Shown: positions 22,728-31,566 of the stretch, piece by piece
Layout: every line of letters starts with the position of its first letter
Numbering within the stretch: position 1 is the first letter of the stretch
Source of the DNA: Candidatus Woesebacteria bacterium GW2011_GWF1_31_35
GTDB taxonomy: Bacteria > Patescibacteriota > Microgenomatia > UBA8517
Assembly (NCBI GenBank): GCA_001029755.1
Contig: CP011214.1
Span: 557,767 to 621,766, forward strand
DNA: 64,000 nucleotides
Reading direction: 5' to 3'
Position numbers and translations under genes: made by a program
The notes under the pieces: generated by a model
The model's database searches: none
The model's input: only the letters and a program-made list of their open reading frames with translations
What the model was told of the DNA's origin: nothing

Positions 22728-23378
22728 TTATTTTTTGGTAAACATTCCTAATTGATATTTTTTAACTTCACTAGTGATTAATTCTTTAGCTTTTTCCCAA
22801 GAAAAATTTGTATCAGTTAATTTAATTGGCCTTTTATTTTCCTTACCTTCAACATCATCATAATATGTTAAGGTTCTTAATATTAAATATTTGTTAAAAT
22901 TTTTATATTTTTTTGTAGCAAAGGTAAACATTTTTGCAATATCAAATTTCTTAAGTAGATAATAAATATCTATATAATCTCTTTTTGCAGGTCTATGACT
23001 TACAGCTAATAATTTCATAGCAGAAATATCTTCAAGACTTGCCAATTTGACCCCGGAAACTATTTCTGCTGTTTTTATTAAGGGATATTGATACCAAAAA
23101 AAAGAACAATCTACTCCGTTAATATTTGCAAAAACAGTGTCCTTTTCTATTAAAGTTATTTTTGAATTAGTTGTAAAAACTTTATTAATTTCATCCACAA
23201 GTTCATTTGAATCAAAATGATCCTGAATAAAAAAATCAAAGTCAACAGAGGTTCTGTGTCCAATTTGTAGAGAAAGTGCTGTTCCACCGGCTAGATAAAA
23301 ACCTTTTTTAGTCAAAAACTCAAGTTTTGGTAATACTTCTTGTTGGTTTTTGTCAAGAATTGATGTATAGAATTTCAT
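22728..23378 (-). CDS. Nucleotidyltransferase, AbiEii/AbiGii toxin family-like
   Basis: N-terminal FYLAGGTALSLQIGHRTSVDFDFF matches the conserved L.GGTAL......R.S.DLDF block of the AbiEii-type nucleotidyltransferase. Confidence 0.55.
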   Translation of the reverse strand: MKFYTSILDKNQQEVLPKLEFLTKKGFYLAGGTALSLQIGHRTSVDFDFFIQDHFDSNELVDEINKVFTTNSKITLIEKDTVFANINGVDCSFFWYQYPLIKTAEIVSGVKLASLEDISAMKLLAVSHRPAKRDYIDIYYLLKKFDIAKMFTFATKKYKNFNKYLILRTLTYYDDVEGKENKRPIKLTDTNFSWEKAKELITSEVKKYQLGMFTKK

Positions 23379-23381
23379 TAT

Positions 23382-23675
23382 TTATATATTTAAATCTAAA
23401 AGTGCCCTTTTAAAATCTTTTTGAGGCAAATTTATTCCAAATATGTAAAGCCAATATTTAAGAACACTTTTCATCCAAAGTCCACGTATTGGGATTGACA
23501 CAACCCTCTCAACTTCATCCCTGGAATAATTTTTAGAAAGCCATAGAAGAGCTTTGTCGTCACCTTTATTTAAAATTTCTGTAATTATAATTTCTTTATC
23601 ATCTTTAACATCTAACTTTTCCAAATTATATGAGGCTAAATAGGGTTGAAGAAATTTAGATATAGACATATACAC
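23382..23675 (-). CDS. Small protein upstream of and co-oriented with the AbiEii-like gene (possible cognate antitoxin partner)
   Basis: 97 aa, stop 3 nt before the AbiEii-like start. No recognisable motif; role inferred from position only. Confidence 0.3.
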   Translation of the reverse strand: MYMSISKFLQPYLASYNLEKLDVKDDKEIIITEILNKGDDKALLWLSKNYSRDEVERVVSIPIRGLWMKSVLKYWLYIFGINLPQKDFKRALLDLNI

Positions 23676-23806
23676 TCATATTATACAGCAAAAATTAAAA
23701 GATTCATTAAGCCTTCTTTTTTAAAATTGGAAATTATTTCATCTAAAATACAACAAATTTATCAATAGAAAAATATATTTTATTAATTAAATTCAGATGG
23801 GTTATC

Positions 23807-24082
23807 TTAAGAAGAAAACAGGAGTGAATGTTTTCCTTTTGAATGAATTTTTTCCAAAGTTTCAATTCTATCTGAGTGGTCACTTAAATGTTCTGAGATT
23901 AAAGTTCTTTCTTCCCTACTGGCTACAACTTCTTTTAATATGGGGTCAATTCTATCAAAAAATTCACTTTTAAATTCGGTTAGTTTTTTATCAAATTTAT
24001 CTTCCTGTTCAAGAAATCTTTTGTCTAGTCTTCGGTCCAAAAGATTGTCAATAATATTTATATCTTTATTTGTAAGTGACAT
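23807..24082 (-). CDS. Small hypothetical coiled-coil protein (91 aa), paralog of 3126-3401
   Basis: Same length and same C-terminal S.H.SD.SDR...LEKIH motif as 3126-3401. Divergent from the fic gene. Confidence 0.45.
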   Translation of the reverse strand: MSLTNKDINIIDNLLDRRLDKRFLEQEDKFDKKLTEFKSEFFDRIDPILKEVVASREERTLISEHLSDHSDRIETLEKIHSKGKHSLLFSS

Positions 24083-24162
24083 TAATTTATTTAATCACAG
24101 AAATTTAAAGACGTCAATTTTATGTAAGCGTCACGCACATGACTTGACATGATCGTTTCAAA

Positions 24163-25236
24163 ATGAGACGATATTGGTATATGAATGAGACGATATTAAC
24201 AAACAGACAAAAATCTATTTTAAACTTAATAAGTCAATCTACAGGTATTTCTCGTGGAAATATACAAAAACTTATTCAAAAGATAGAAGTCATTTCTAAA
24301 CCTACATTAATACGCGATTTAAATTTTCTTATTAAAAACAAATTAATTAAAGTTGAAGGAAATGCTTCGAGTACTAAATATTTTTCTTTTGAAGATAATC
24401 CCTTACTAAAATATTTTGATTTAGATACTTATTTTAAACTTGATCCTGATCAAAGACTGGGAGTAAAGAAGAAGTTTGACTATAAGATAATTGGCAATTT
24501 TAAAAATCTTTTTTCGAAAATAGAAATTGAAGAAATCAATAATATTAAAAAAAGTTTTTTGACTGAATCTTCAAAATTAAGTTTAGATATTTATAAAAAA
24601 GAACTTGAAAGGTTTGTAATTGAATTTTCCTGGAAATCATCAAAAATTGAAGGTAACACATATTCATTACTTGAAACAGAAGAATTGATACAAAAAAGCG
24701 TAGTAGCAGAAGGACATGCGAAAGAAGAGACTGTGATGATACTTAATCATAAACGAGCTTTCGACGCAATTTTAAAAAATTACAAAGATTATAATAAATT
24801 AACAGTATCGAAAGTAAATCAAATACATTCACTTTTAGTAGATAATCTGGGAATAAATTCTGGAATTAGAAGTGAAGCAGTGGGTATTACGGGTACTGTT
24901 TACGTGCCATTTGACCTTAAATATCAAATTGAAGATGCGCTTAGTATTACTTTGGAGTTAATAAATAAAACCAAAAACCCTTTAGAAAAAGGTTTAATAG
25001 CAACCACAATGATTCCGTATATACAACCATATTCAGATGGGAACAAGAGAACTACTAGAATGCTTGTAAATGCAATTTTACTTACAGGTGATTATTACCC
25101 TCTCTCGTATAGAAATATTAACGTTGAAGAATATAAAAAAGCAATGATCTTGTTTTATGAACAAGGAAGTATTTACCATCTCAAAAGACTTTTCTTAGAG
25201 CAGATCTTTTTTACGTATAAAAATTATTTTCGATAA
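24163..25236 (+). CDS. Fic/Doc family protein with a degenerate active-site motif (QPYSDGNKRTTR in place of HPFx[DE]GNGRxxR)
   Basis: Fido fold region ...ATTMIPYIQPYSDGNKRTTRMLVNAILL. The catalytic His is replaced by Gln and GNGR by GNKR. Confidence 0.75.
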   Translation: MRRYWYMNETILTNRQKSILNLISQSTGISRGNIQKLIQKIEVISKPTLIRDLNFLIKNKLIKVEGNASSTKYFSFEDNPLLKYFDLDTYFKLDPDQRLGVKKKFDYKIIGNFKNLFSKIEIEEINNIKKSFLTESSKLSLDIYKKELERFVIEFSWKSSKIEGNTYSLLETEELIQKSVVAEGHAKEETVMILNHKRAFDAILKNYKDYNKLTVSKVNQIHSLLVDNLGINSGIRSEAVGITGTVYVPFDLKYQIEDALSITLELINKTKNPLEKGLIATTMIPYIQPYSDGNKRTTRMLVNAILLTGDYYPLSYRNINVEEYKKAMILFYEQGSIYHLKRLFLEQIFFTYKNYFR

Positions 25237-25253
25237 TAAAATTACTAATGAAT

Positions 25254-27311
25254 TTACGGTGCTACTTCCACCCACTTTGTTCTTCTGAAAGCAAGTTTAG
25301 AAGGAAAAAGCATGACTTGATCAGGACCATATTCAAAAAGTTCTGCAGGATTACCGTCATTATTAACTAAATCTCTTCCTAATGTTATTCCACCATATGA
25401 AGCAACTGATCCCCTTACCCAAAGTGCATTACTTCCAGTATTGGTATTAAAAATTCCATCAGCTAAATAAATTCCTTCAAGTTGGGTAACTGCTGGATTA
25501 AGGTTAATATTACCATTAACAAATGTTCCAAAAAAACCTACCCCATCAGTTAGATTAATATTGCTTCTGATTGTTAAATATCCATCTACGAGTAATATTA
25601 CTTTTCTTCCAGCAAAATTAATATTCGAATCAATTTCGATGGTCAAACTACCATCTGATTTAAACCATTCATAGCCATACTTAGTAAAACCAGTAGAACG
25701 CAAGGATGCATTAGTTGCTACTGTTGGAATTACATCACTAGGTATTAGGCTATTAAAATATAAATAATCAAAAAGCTTTCCTTGTGTTGTACTTGTATTT
25801 GCATTCCAAAGTTTACTTGAAATAGTTCCTATTCCAACACTTAAAGATCCACTATATGTAGGAACTCCTGGAAATCCACCTGATCCATCTAAAATAAATT
25901 GAGTTCCTGCAGGAAAAACACTAGAACTAATGTCTCCATTTGTTGTAACATCCCCGTCTTTAACTTGCCACCAAGGAGAAGGATTTGTGATAGTTATAGT
26001 TGATGTATCATTACAACGTGAGACTCCACTCATTATCACATCAGCTCTGACTGTAGTTGAACCTACACTTGCTCCAGTAGCTACAGTACTGTAAGAAACT
26101 GTTGTATCAGATGCAGGATTAACTGTAGCAATAGATGTGTTTCCTGAAAGGAAATTAACTTGTGAGACAGTTCCATTTGTAGGTGTAACTGAAGCAACAA
26201 AATTTACAGTATTACCTAAAGTTATACTAGGTGTATCTGGAAGTAAATTAACAGTACATGAAGGTGTTGGTACTGTAATTATTGAAGTATCAACACATGT
26301 TCCACCACCACTTAAAGTCGCAGTTGCAGTTACTGTGGTAGTTCCAGCAGTAGCACCAGTTACAGTGGTTGTAGTGGGTGAAAAAGGAGAAATAGTATCT
26401 GCTGTAGGACTCATACTAACATTAGTATTAGTTTTAGTAAAATCAACTCTAGAAATTACAGCACCATTATTTAATGTAGTAGTTGCAGTTAATACTTGAG
26501 TTCCACCGACTGTAACATTTGCAGTTGCAGGTGTAAGACTTATGGTACATGAAGGTGTTGGTACTGTAATTATAGAAGTATCTGAACATCTTGATGATCC
26601 ACTCATAATTCCATTAGCAGTTATAGTTGCTGTTCCAGGAGCAACACCTGTTGCTATTGAATTATATGGAGAAGAAGAATCAGATGCAGGATTAACTGTG
26701 GCAACACCGGTATTATTTGAACTAAAAGTAACATTTGAAACAGTGCCATCATTAATATTTGATAAAGTTGCAGTAAATGTAGATGTAGATCCTATTAATA
26801 AAGGATTTACAGCTGTGGGGGTAAGACCTAAGTTACAAGAAGGTGTTGTTGGTGGGTCTGTTGGTCCTGATGTGGCTGTAGGTGTTGGTGAAGTATTCCT
26901 TACACAACAAGTAGTTGTCACAGCTGGATCAGACAAAGTACATTGAGATCCTGAAATACTGCAACTGCTATATCTATCATTAGCGGTCCAAACAGGAGAT
27001 ACATTTAAAGAATTCCATATACCAGCAATAATTACACTACAATCCAATATTTTTGTGGTTATACAAAATGTTTGACCCCCAAAAGTATAACATTCGTTTT
27101 TACAATCATAATTTCCACTTCTATTCCAAGTACCATTATTTGAACATGTAGGCCCACTTCCGCAGGCCATTGAAGATATATTAACTCTTATTCCATATCC
27201 TTGATCAATTCCACAAAACCAACCATCTCCACAAGCAGCAGATGTAGTATTAGGAAAAATTAAAAAAGCTAAAATTGAAAAAACTAAAATTAAAAAAGTA
27301 TTTTTCATCAT
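25254..27311 (-). CDS. Large secreted surface protein with three tandem Big_2-like Ig-fold repeats and a Cys-rich N-terminal region
   Basis: Signal peptide MMKNTFLILVFSILAFLIFPNTTSA. Three ~95-aa repeats (VNPASD...YS.IATG...GT.TITAN...SGSSRC.DTS.ITVPTPSC). Thr/Ser-rich linkers. Confidence 0.65.
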   Translation of the reverse strand: MMKNTFLILVFSILAFLIFPNTTSAACGDGWFCGIDQGYGIRVNISSMACGSGPTCSNNGTWNRSGNYDCKNECYTFGGQTFCITTKILDCSVIIAGIWNSLNVSPVWTANDRYSSCSISGSQCTLSDPAVTTTCCVRNTSPTPTATSGPTDPPTTPSCNLGLTPTAVNPLLIGSTSTFTATLSNINDGTVSNVTFSSNNTGVATVNPASDSSSPYNSIATGVAPGTATITANGIMSGSSRCSDTSIITVPTPSCTISLTPATANVTVGGTQVLTATTTLNNGAVISRVDFTKTNTNVSMSPTADTISPFSPTTTTVTGATAGTTTVTATATLSGGGTCVDTSIITVPTPSCTVNLLPDTPSITLGNTVNFVASVTPTNGTVSQVNFLSGNTSIATVNPASDTTVSYSTVATGASVGSTTVRADVIMSGVSRCNDTSTITITNPSPWWQVKDGDVTTNGDISSSVFPAGTQFILDGSGGFPGVPTYSGSLSVGIGTISSKLWNANTSTTQGKLFDYLYFNSLIPSDVIPTVATNASLRSTGFTKYGYEWFKSDGSLTIEIDSNINFAGRKVILLVDGYLTIRSNINLTDGVGFFGTFVNGNINLNPAVTQLEGIYLADGIFNTNTGSNALWVRGSVASYGGITLGRDLVNNDGNPAELFEYGPDQVMLFPSKLAFRRTKWVEVAP

Positions 27312-27313
27312 AT

Positions 27314-27919
27314 TTATAGGCCAACACCGACAATAGGTATATTATATAATGGATCAGGAAAATTGTTTTTTGAATTAAGGGATGATATAAACGCTTCAGT
27401 AAACGTATGATAAGTTTGTGGATCAGTTTTAATATAAATTTTTTGAGGGTCTGCGATAATTGTAAATACTTTAATATGACTAGTCTTATCTTTAGTTTTT
27501 GTAAGGATTTCTTCATTATCTTTTGTTGTAATGTAAGTATCTCCTGTCCAGATCATAAAACTGGTATTATCCGCAACTTCGAATTTGTAAACATGTTCTT
27601 TTAGTTTTTCATCAAAAAAAGCAATTGAAAAAACAACTTTTCCATTAATTTCAGAAATATCTGTTAGACAACCCCTAATATCAAGTGCCTCTTGCTCATT
27701 ATCTAGTTGGTATTGTTTGTTGCTTTCAGGAATACCTGTGAACTTAGATATATTATTTGAACCAAAACATAAACTTTTTATATTTTCATCAACTAAATTA
27801 GTATTTTTTTTGGTACTAACATCATTGTTTGTTAATTTTTTATGATAAAAAATAAATAATAATTCACCTAATATAAGAAGAATACCAATAATGATAAATA
27901 ATTTAATACTCTTACTCAC
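27314..27919 (-). CDS. Hypothetical membrane-anchored protein
   Basis: N-terminal TM (LFIIIGILLILGELLFIF). Tightly packed between the M15 peptidase and the Big_2 protein on the same strand. Confidence 0.4.
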   Translation of the reverse strand: MSKSIKLFIIIGILLILGELLFIFYHKKLTNNDVSTKKNTNLVDENIKSLCFGSNNISKFTGIPESNKQYQLDNEQEALDIRGCLTDISEINGKVVFSIAFFDEKLKEHVYKFEVADNTSFMIWTGDTYITTKDNEEILTKTKDKTSHIKVFTIIADPQKIYIKTDPQTYHTFTEAFISSLNSKNNFPDPLYNIPIVGVGL

Positions 27920-27937
27920 GATAATTTATTATATACA

Positions 27938-28957
27938 CTATTTTTCTGAAGTTCCACTGTCTACTGCAAGGGAAAATATTTGTTGTAAATCAATAATATC
28001 ACCTTTCCAACCCATATCCTTGAGTTCGTGATACATTTTTGCAATTTCTAGTCCGACATATAAATAATGATGCGGTTCTGCTAGGGGGTCAATTCCATCA
28101 TGCCCATTGACATACGATTGTATATACCCAAATTTCCATGAATTTTCTACAAGCCATTTTCCAGTTTTTGTGTTTTCGAAACCTGAGTATAGACCAATAG
28201 AATGTTCATTTTCTGGTGTTGAAAAATCAATTGCTAAACCGGTTTGATGTTGTGACTGACCTGGTAGAGAAACTTTACTTGTATCCCCATTTACTTTATT
28301 TAGAGCATATTGTTGTTCCCAATAATTTCTGTAACCACTTCGAACATAAATACTAATTCCATCACTTTGGGCTTTATTAATTAAATCAATTAAATCATCT
28401 TTCATTAGTGAATGAACTCTAATTTCGGAATTTAAAACAGGGAAATTAAATCCACTTTCTAGTAATCCATTTAAATCAATTAGTCTAATTAAATTAGGTT
28501 CAACTTCCTGTAATAAATATCCTTCTTCTATGGGGTGTGTTGTATCGACAGTTTTAAATAAGATGCTTGGAGTTGAGAAAATTAAAGAATCCACTCCTTT
28601 ACTTGGTTCCATACCTACAACATCAATATTCAGATTTTTTGGTATGGGATTTGGTTTTTCAATAACAAAAGTAGTATCGGGTTTTTGGCTTTGTGTAGTA
28701 ATAAGCATATTATTTAATGGATCAATTGGAGAAACAATTTGCATCTTGTTTAAGCCATTGTGTTTAGTTGTTCCTTTTTCTACAAAATCATTACTTTTTG
28801 TTGTACCGCTACCAGCTGCAAGGGAAAGGATCAGGATTAAATTGAAGGAATTTCTTCCGTTATGTCCATATTCATAAACACCAGGCTTCAATTGAAAATT
28901 GAAATTTTGTTCACTACTCTCCGGACCTTGAATATCTCTGTCGTTTTTCATGTCCAT
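27938..28957 (-). CDS. Peptidase M15 (VanY-like D-Ala-D-Ala carboxypeptidase) family protein
   Basis: SGYRNYWEQQYALNKV ... QSQHQTGLAIDF ... H..Y matches the SxHxxGxAxD zinc-binding motifs of M15B. Confidence 0.75.
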   Translation of the reverse strand: MDMKNDRDIQGPESSEQNFNFQLKPGVYEYGHNGRNSFNLILILSLAAGSGTTKSNDFVEKGTTKHNGLNKMQIVSPIDPLNNMLITTQSQKPDTTFVIEKPNPIPKNLNIDVVGMEPSKGVDSLIFSTPSILFKTVDTTHPIEEGYLLQEVEPNLIRLIDLNGLLESGFNFPVLNSEIRVHSLMKDDLIDLINKAQSDGISIYVRSGYRNYWEQQYALNKVNGDTSKVSLPGQSQHQTGLAIDFSTPENEHSIGLYSGFENTKTGKWLVENSWKFGYIQSYVNGHDGIDPLAEPHHYLYVGLEIAKMYHELKDMGWKGDIIDLQQIFSLAVDSGTSEK

Positions 28958-29087
28958 TCTTGTTAAAACCAGTTTAATAATATCTAATACAAATATTAGA
29001 AATTAATATTAATCTTAATTTCTTATTATTATCTATAATTATAACATAATGACTTTTTGACCATTGTTGTGTTATATTTATATAAGA

Positions 29088-29957
29088 ATGAAATTTAAAA
29101 ATCAAAAAGGTCAGGCTGTTTTAATTGTTCTTCTTTCTTTATCTGTTGTTTTAATTGTTGTTATGTTTGTTGTATCCCGTTCAATTACTGATATTTCTCT
29201 TTCTACAAAAGAAGAAAATTCTCTGAGGGCTTTTTCCGCTGCTGAAGCTGGAATTGAAAGAGCTTTGGTTATAGGAAGTGCTCAAAACGGTGCTTTTGAT
29301 GATGCAACATTTAACACTTCTGTTATTGACTTTGCTGTGGGATCTTCTACGGTTGTTTACCCTATTAGCCTTAAGTCTGGAGAATTTGCGACATTTTGGT
29401 TTATTGGCCATAATAATAATGGTACTTTAGGTTGTACAGATGAGACTTGTTTTTCAGGAAGATCTGTCAAACTTTGTTGGGGAGATTCAGGAACTGTAAC
29501 AGGACCAGTACCAGCTGTTGAATTTACTGTTTACTACACAACTGCAGCTAATGATTTGACAAAAATTAGAGTTGCAAGAGCCACCCTTGACCCAGTTAGT
29601 AGAGCCAATAATTTTAATAGTGCTTCAACTGGTGTTTGTACTATTAATGAAGAAAGTTTTAAGTATTACACTACTATTGAATTATCACCTGCAGGAGGAT
29701 TGGGAATCGCCGGATGGGCAACTCCAGGAATACTACGATACGCAACCGTAAAAATTTTGTATAATGATACTGTTGCACATAAAATAGGAATTGATGTTTC
29801 TTCCACTGGTTCAATATTACCTTCTCAAGGGGTAAAAATTGAATCCGATGGAAAGTTTGGGGATGCAAATAGGAGTATTGAAGTTTACCAACTTCACCCT
29901 ATTGCACCTACAATTTTTGAAAATGCAATTTTTAGTTCGTCAGGGATAACTAAATAA
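29088..29957 (+). CDS. PilX-like pilus assembly protein (PilX_N-type N-terminus)
   Basis: MKFKNQKGQAVLIVLLSLSVVLIVV....SLRAFSAAEAGIERAL resembles the PilX N-terminal domain (qrG.aLivaLl.l..lt.lg ... A..aAEAGle). Start placed at ATG 29088. Confidence 0.5.
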   Translation: MKFKNQKGQAVLIVLLSLSVVLIVVMFVVSRSITDISLSTKEENSLRAFSAAEAGIERALVIGSAQNGAFDDATFNTSVIDFAVGSSTVVYPISLKSGEFATFWFIGHNNNGTLGCTDETCFSGRSVKLCWGDSGTVTGPVPAVEFTVYYTTAANDLTKIRVARATLDPVSRANNFNSASTGVCTINEESFKYYTTIELSPAGGLGIAGWATPGILRYATVKILYNDTVAHKIGIDVSSTGSILPSQGVKIESDGKFGDANRSIEVYQLHPIAPTIFENAIFSSSGITK

Positions 29958-30000
29958 ACAAAGTTTGTTTTTGACAAAATAGAAAAAAATAAATCTGCCC

Positions 30001-31008
30001 ATGGTTGGAATAGACATTGGATCAAAAAGTATAAAAATAGTAGAGCTAGTAGGATCAGTTGGAAAATTCCAACTAAAATCCTCAGGTGCTGTGGGTTACA
30101 CTGGTCTTTCCCCTGATAAAATGACTGAAGAGAAAGATTTTGTAGCACTTTCTTTGATTTTAAAAAAGATTATTAAACAAATTGGAATTACTTCAAAGGA
30201 AGTTAATATTGCCCTACCTGAGCCATTAGTCTTTACAAGAGTTATTAAGTTTCCCCTACTTTCAGATGAGGAGGTTAACTCTGCTATTAAATGGGAAGCT
30301 GAACAATATATTCCAATTCCAATTAATGAAGCAATTATTCAGTACTCGATACTATCGAAAAATGAGACTACTGCTTCAACTTCAGTACTTTTAGTCGCAG
30401 CTCCAAAAGTAGTTGTTGAAAAATATGTTAAGATTGTCCGTTTAGCAGGTTTAACTCCAGTTTCAGCTGAAACTGAGTTAACTGCTCTCGCTCGAAGTAT
30501 TTCACCTGAGAAAGGCGTATCACTATTATTAGATTTAGGGGCATCATCTGTGGATATGGCAATAACCAGAGATTCAAAAGTAATTTTTACAAGGTCAATT
30601 CCTGTAGCAGGTGAAACATTTACTAGAGCAGTTTCACAGTCTTTAGGAATTAATATGCAACAAGCAGAAGAATACAAAAAGACATATGGTCTTTCAGGAA
30701 CACAACTTGAAGGAAAAGTAAAAATTGCGCTAGAACCAATATTTAAAATGGTTACAGATGAAATTAAAAAAGCAATTCATTTTTTTCAAAGTGAAGAAAA
30801 AGAAGAAGCACCCACAACAATTATTATTTCAGGAGGATCATCTTTAACTCCAGAGTTAGTATCTTACTTAACCGAAGTACTAGGTCTTGAAACAGTCTCG
30901 GGCAATCCATTTAATAAAGTTGCAGTTGACCCTGAAACCTCCAAAAGTCTTGCCCCTTATATTTCTATTTATGGGACAGCAGTTGGTTTAGCAATGTTAG
31001 AAGGGTAA
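30001..31008 (+). CDS. pilM: Type IV pilus assembly protein PilM (actin-like ATPase fold)
   Basis: MVGIDIGSKSIKIVEL...LLDLGASSVDMAITRDSKVIFTRSIPVAG...IIISGGSS. Confidence 0.85.
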   Translation: MVGIDIGSKSIKIVELVGSVGKFQLKSSGAVGYTGLSPDKMTEEKDFVALSLILKKIIKQIGITSKEVNIALPEPLVFTRVIKFPLLSDEEVNSAIKWEAEQYIPIPINEAIIQYSILSKNETTASTSVLLVAAPKVVVEKYVKIVRLAGLTPVSAETELTALARSISPEKGVSLLLDLGASSVDMAITRDSKVIFTRSIPVAGETFTRAVSQSLGINMQQAEEYKKTYGLSGTQLEGKVKIALEPIFKMVTDEIKKAIHFFQSEEKEEAPTTIIISGGSSLTPELVSYLTEVLGLETVSGNPFNKVAVDPETSKSLAPYISIYGTAVGLAMLEG

Positions 31009-31020
31009 TTTTTTATTTAT

Positions 31021-31563
31021 ATGCTTGCTAGAAAAATAAATTTAATACCAACAGAAATGGCAGTTCCTGCCGGATCTTTAAAATTTGTAAAAGTTCTAAA
31101 TAAATTATCTATTTTAGGAGTTATATCTTTAATTCTTTTAACTATTTCTGCAATCACCTTATTTGTATTTTATTCGATTGAATTGAAAAAAGTAAATAGT
31201 TCGGTAGCGTCTTTAAAAAATGAAATATCATCACTTGAAAAAAGTGAGCAAAAATTAATTTTAGTAAAAGATAAACTTGGGAAAATTGCATATGTTAAAT
31301 CACTTGATTCTGCAGAAAATGAAATTAATCGGTTTAAAAAAATAAATGAAATAGTATCAGTTTCTTCTGATTCTGCATTTACTGAAGTTAGTATTGGATC
31401 GTCTAAAACTGAAGTATCTTTAATTTCTGGAAATTCTACTTCGTTAACTTCCATACTTGAATCCGTAGCTAATTTAAAAGATTATGGAAAAATAATTTTA
31501 TCCTCACTTGGATTTAATCCAACGTCAGGATTTTTAACAAGCTTTATTTTTAATAGTAAATAA
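31021..31563 (+). CDS. pilN: PilN-like bitopic pilus assembly protein
   Basis: Single TM helix then coiled coil. Position immediately after pilM. Confidence 0.5.
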   Translation: MLARKINLIPTEMAVPAGSLKFVKVLNKLSILGVISLILLTISAITLFVFYSIELKKVNSSVASLKNEISSLEKSEQKLILVKDKLGKIAYVKSLDSAENEINRFKKINEIVSVSSDSAFTEVSIGSSKTEVSLISGNSTSLTSILESVANLKDYGKIILSSLGFNPTSGFLTSFIFNSK

Positions 31564-31566
31564 TAT

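Noticed and set aside
25990-26820. Tandem ~285-bp DNA repeats that could be mistaken for a repeat array or CRISPR
   Set aside because: The repeats are long, imperfect and in-frame, and encode Ig-like domains. There is no short-repeat/unique-spacer periodicity.
26137-26946. Two plus-strand ORFs (120 and 134 aa) inside the Big_2 surface-protein gene
   Set aside because: They lie antisense to a strongly supported 685-aa CDS and are repetitive Val/Thr/Gly-rich translations of its tandem repeats. These are shadow ORFs.
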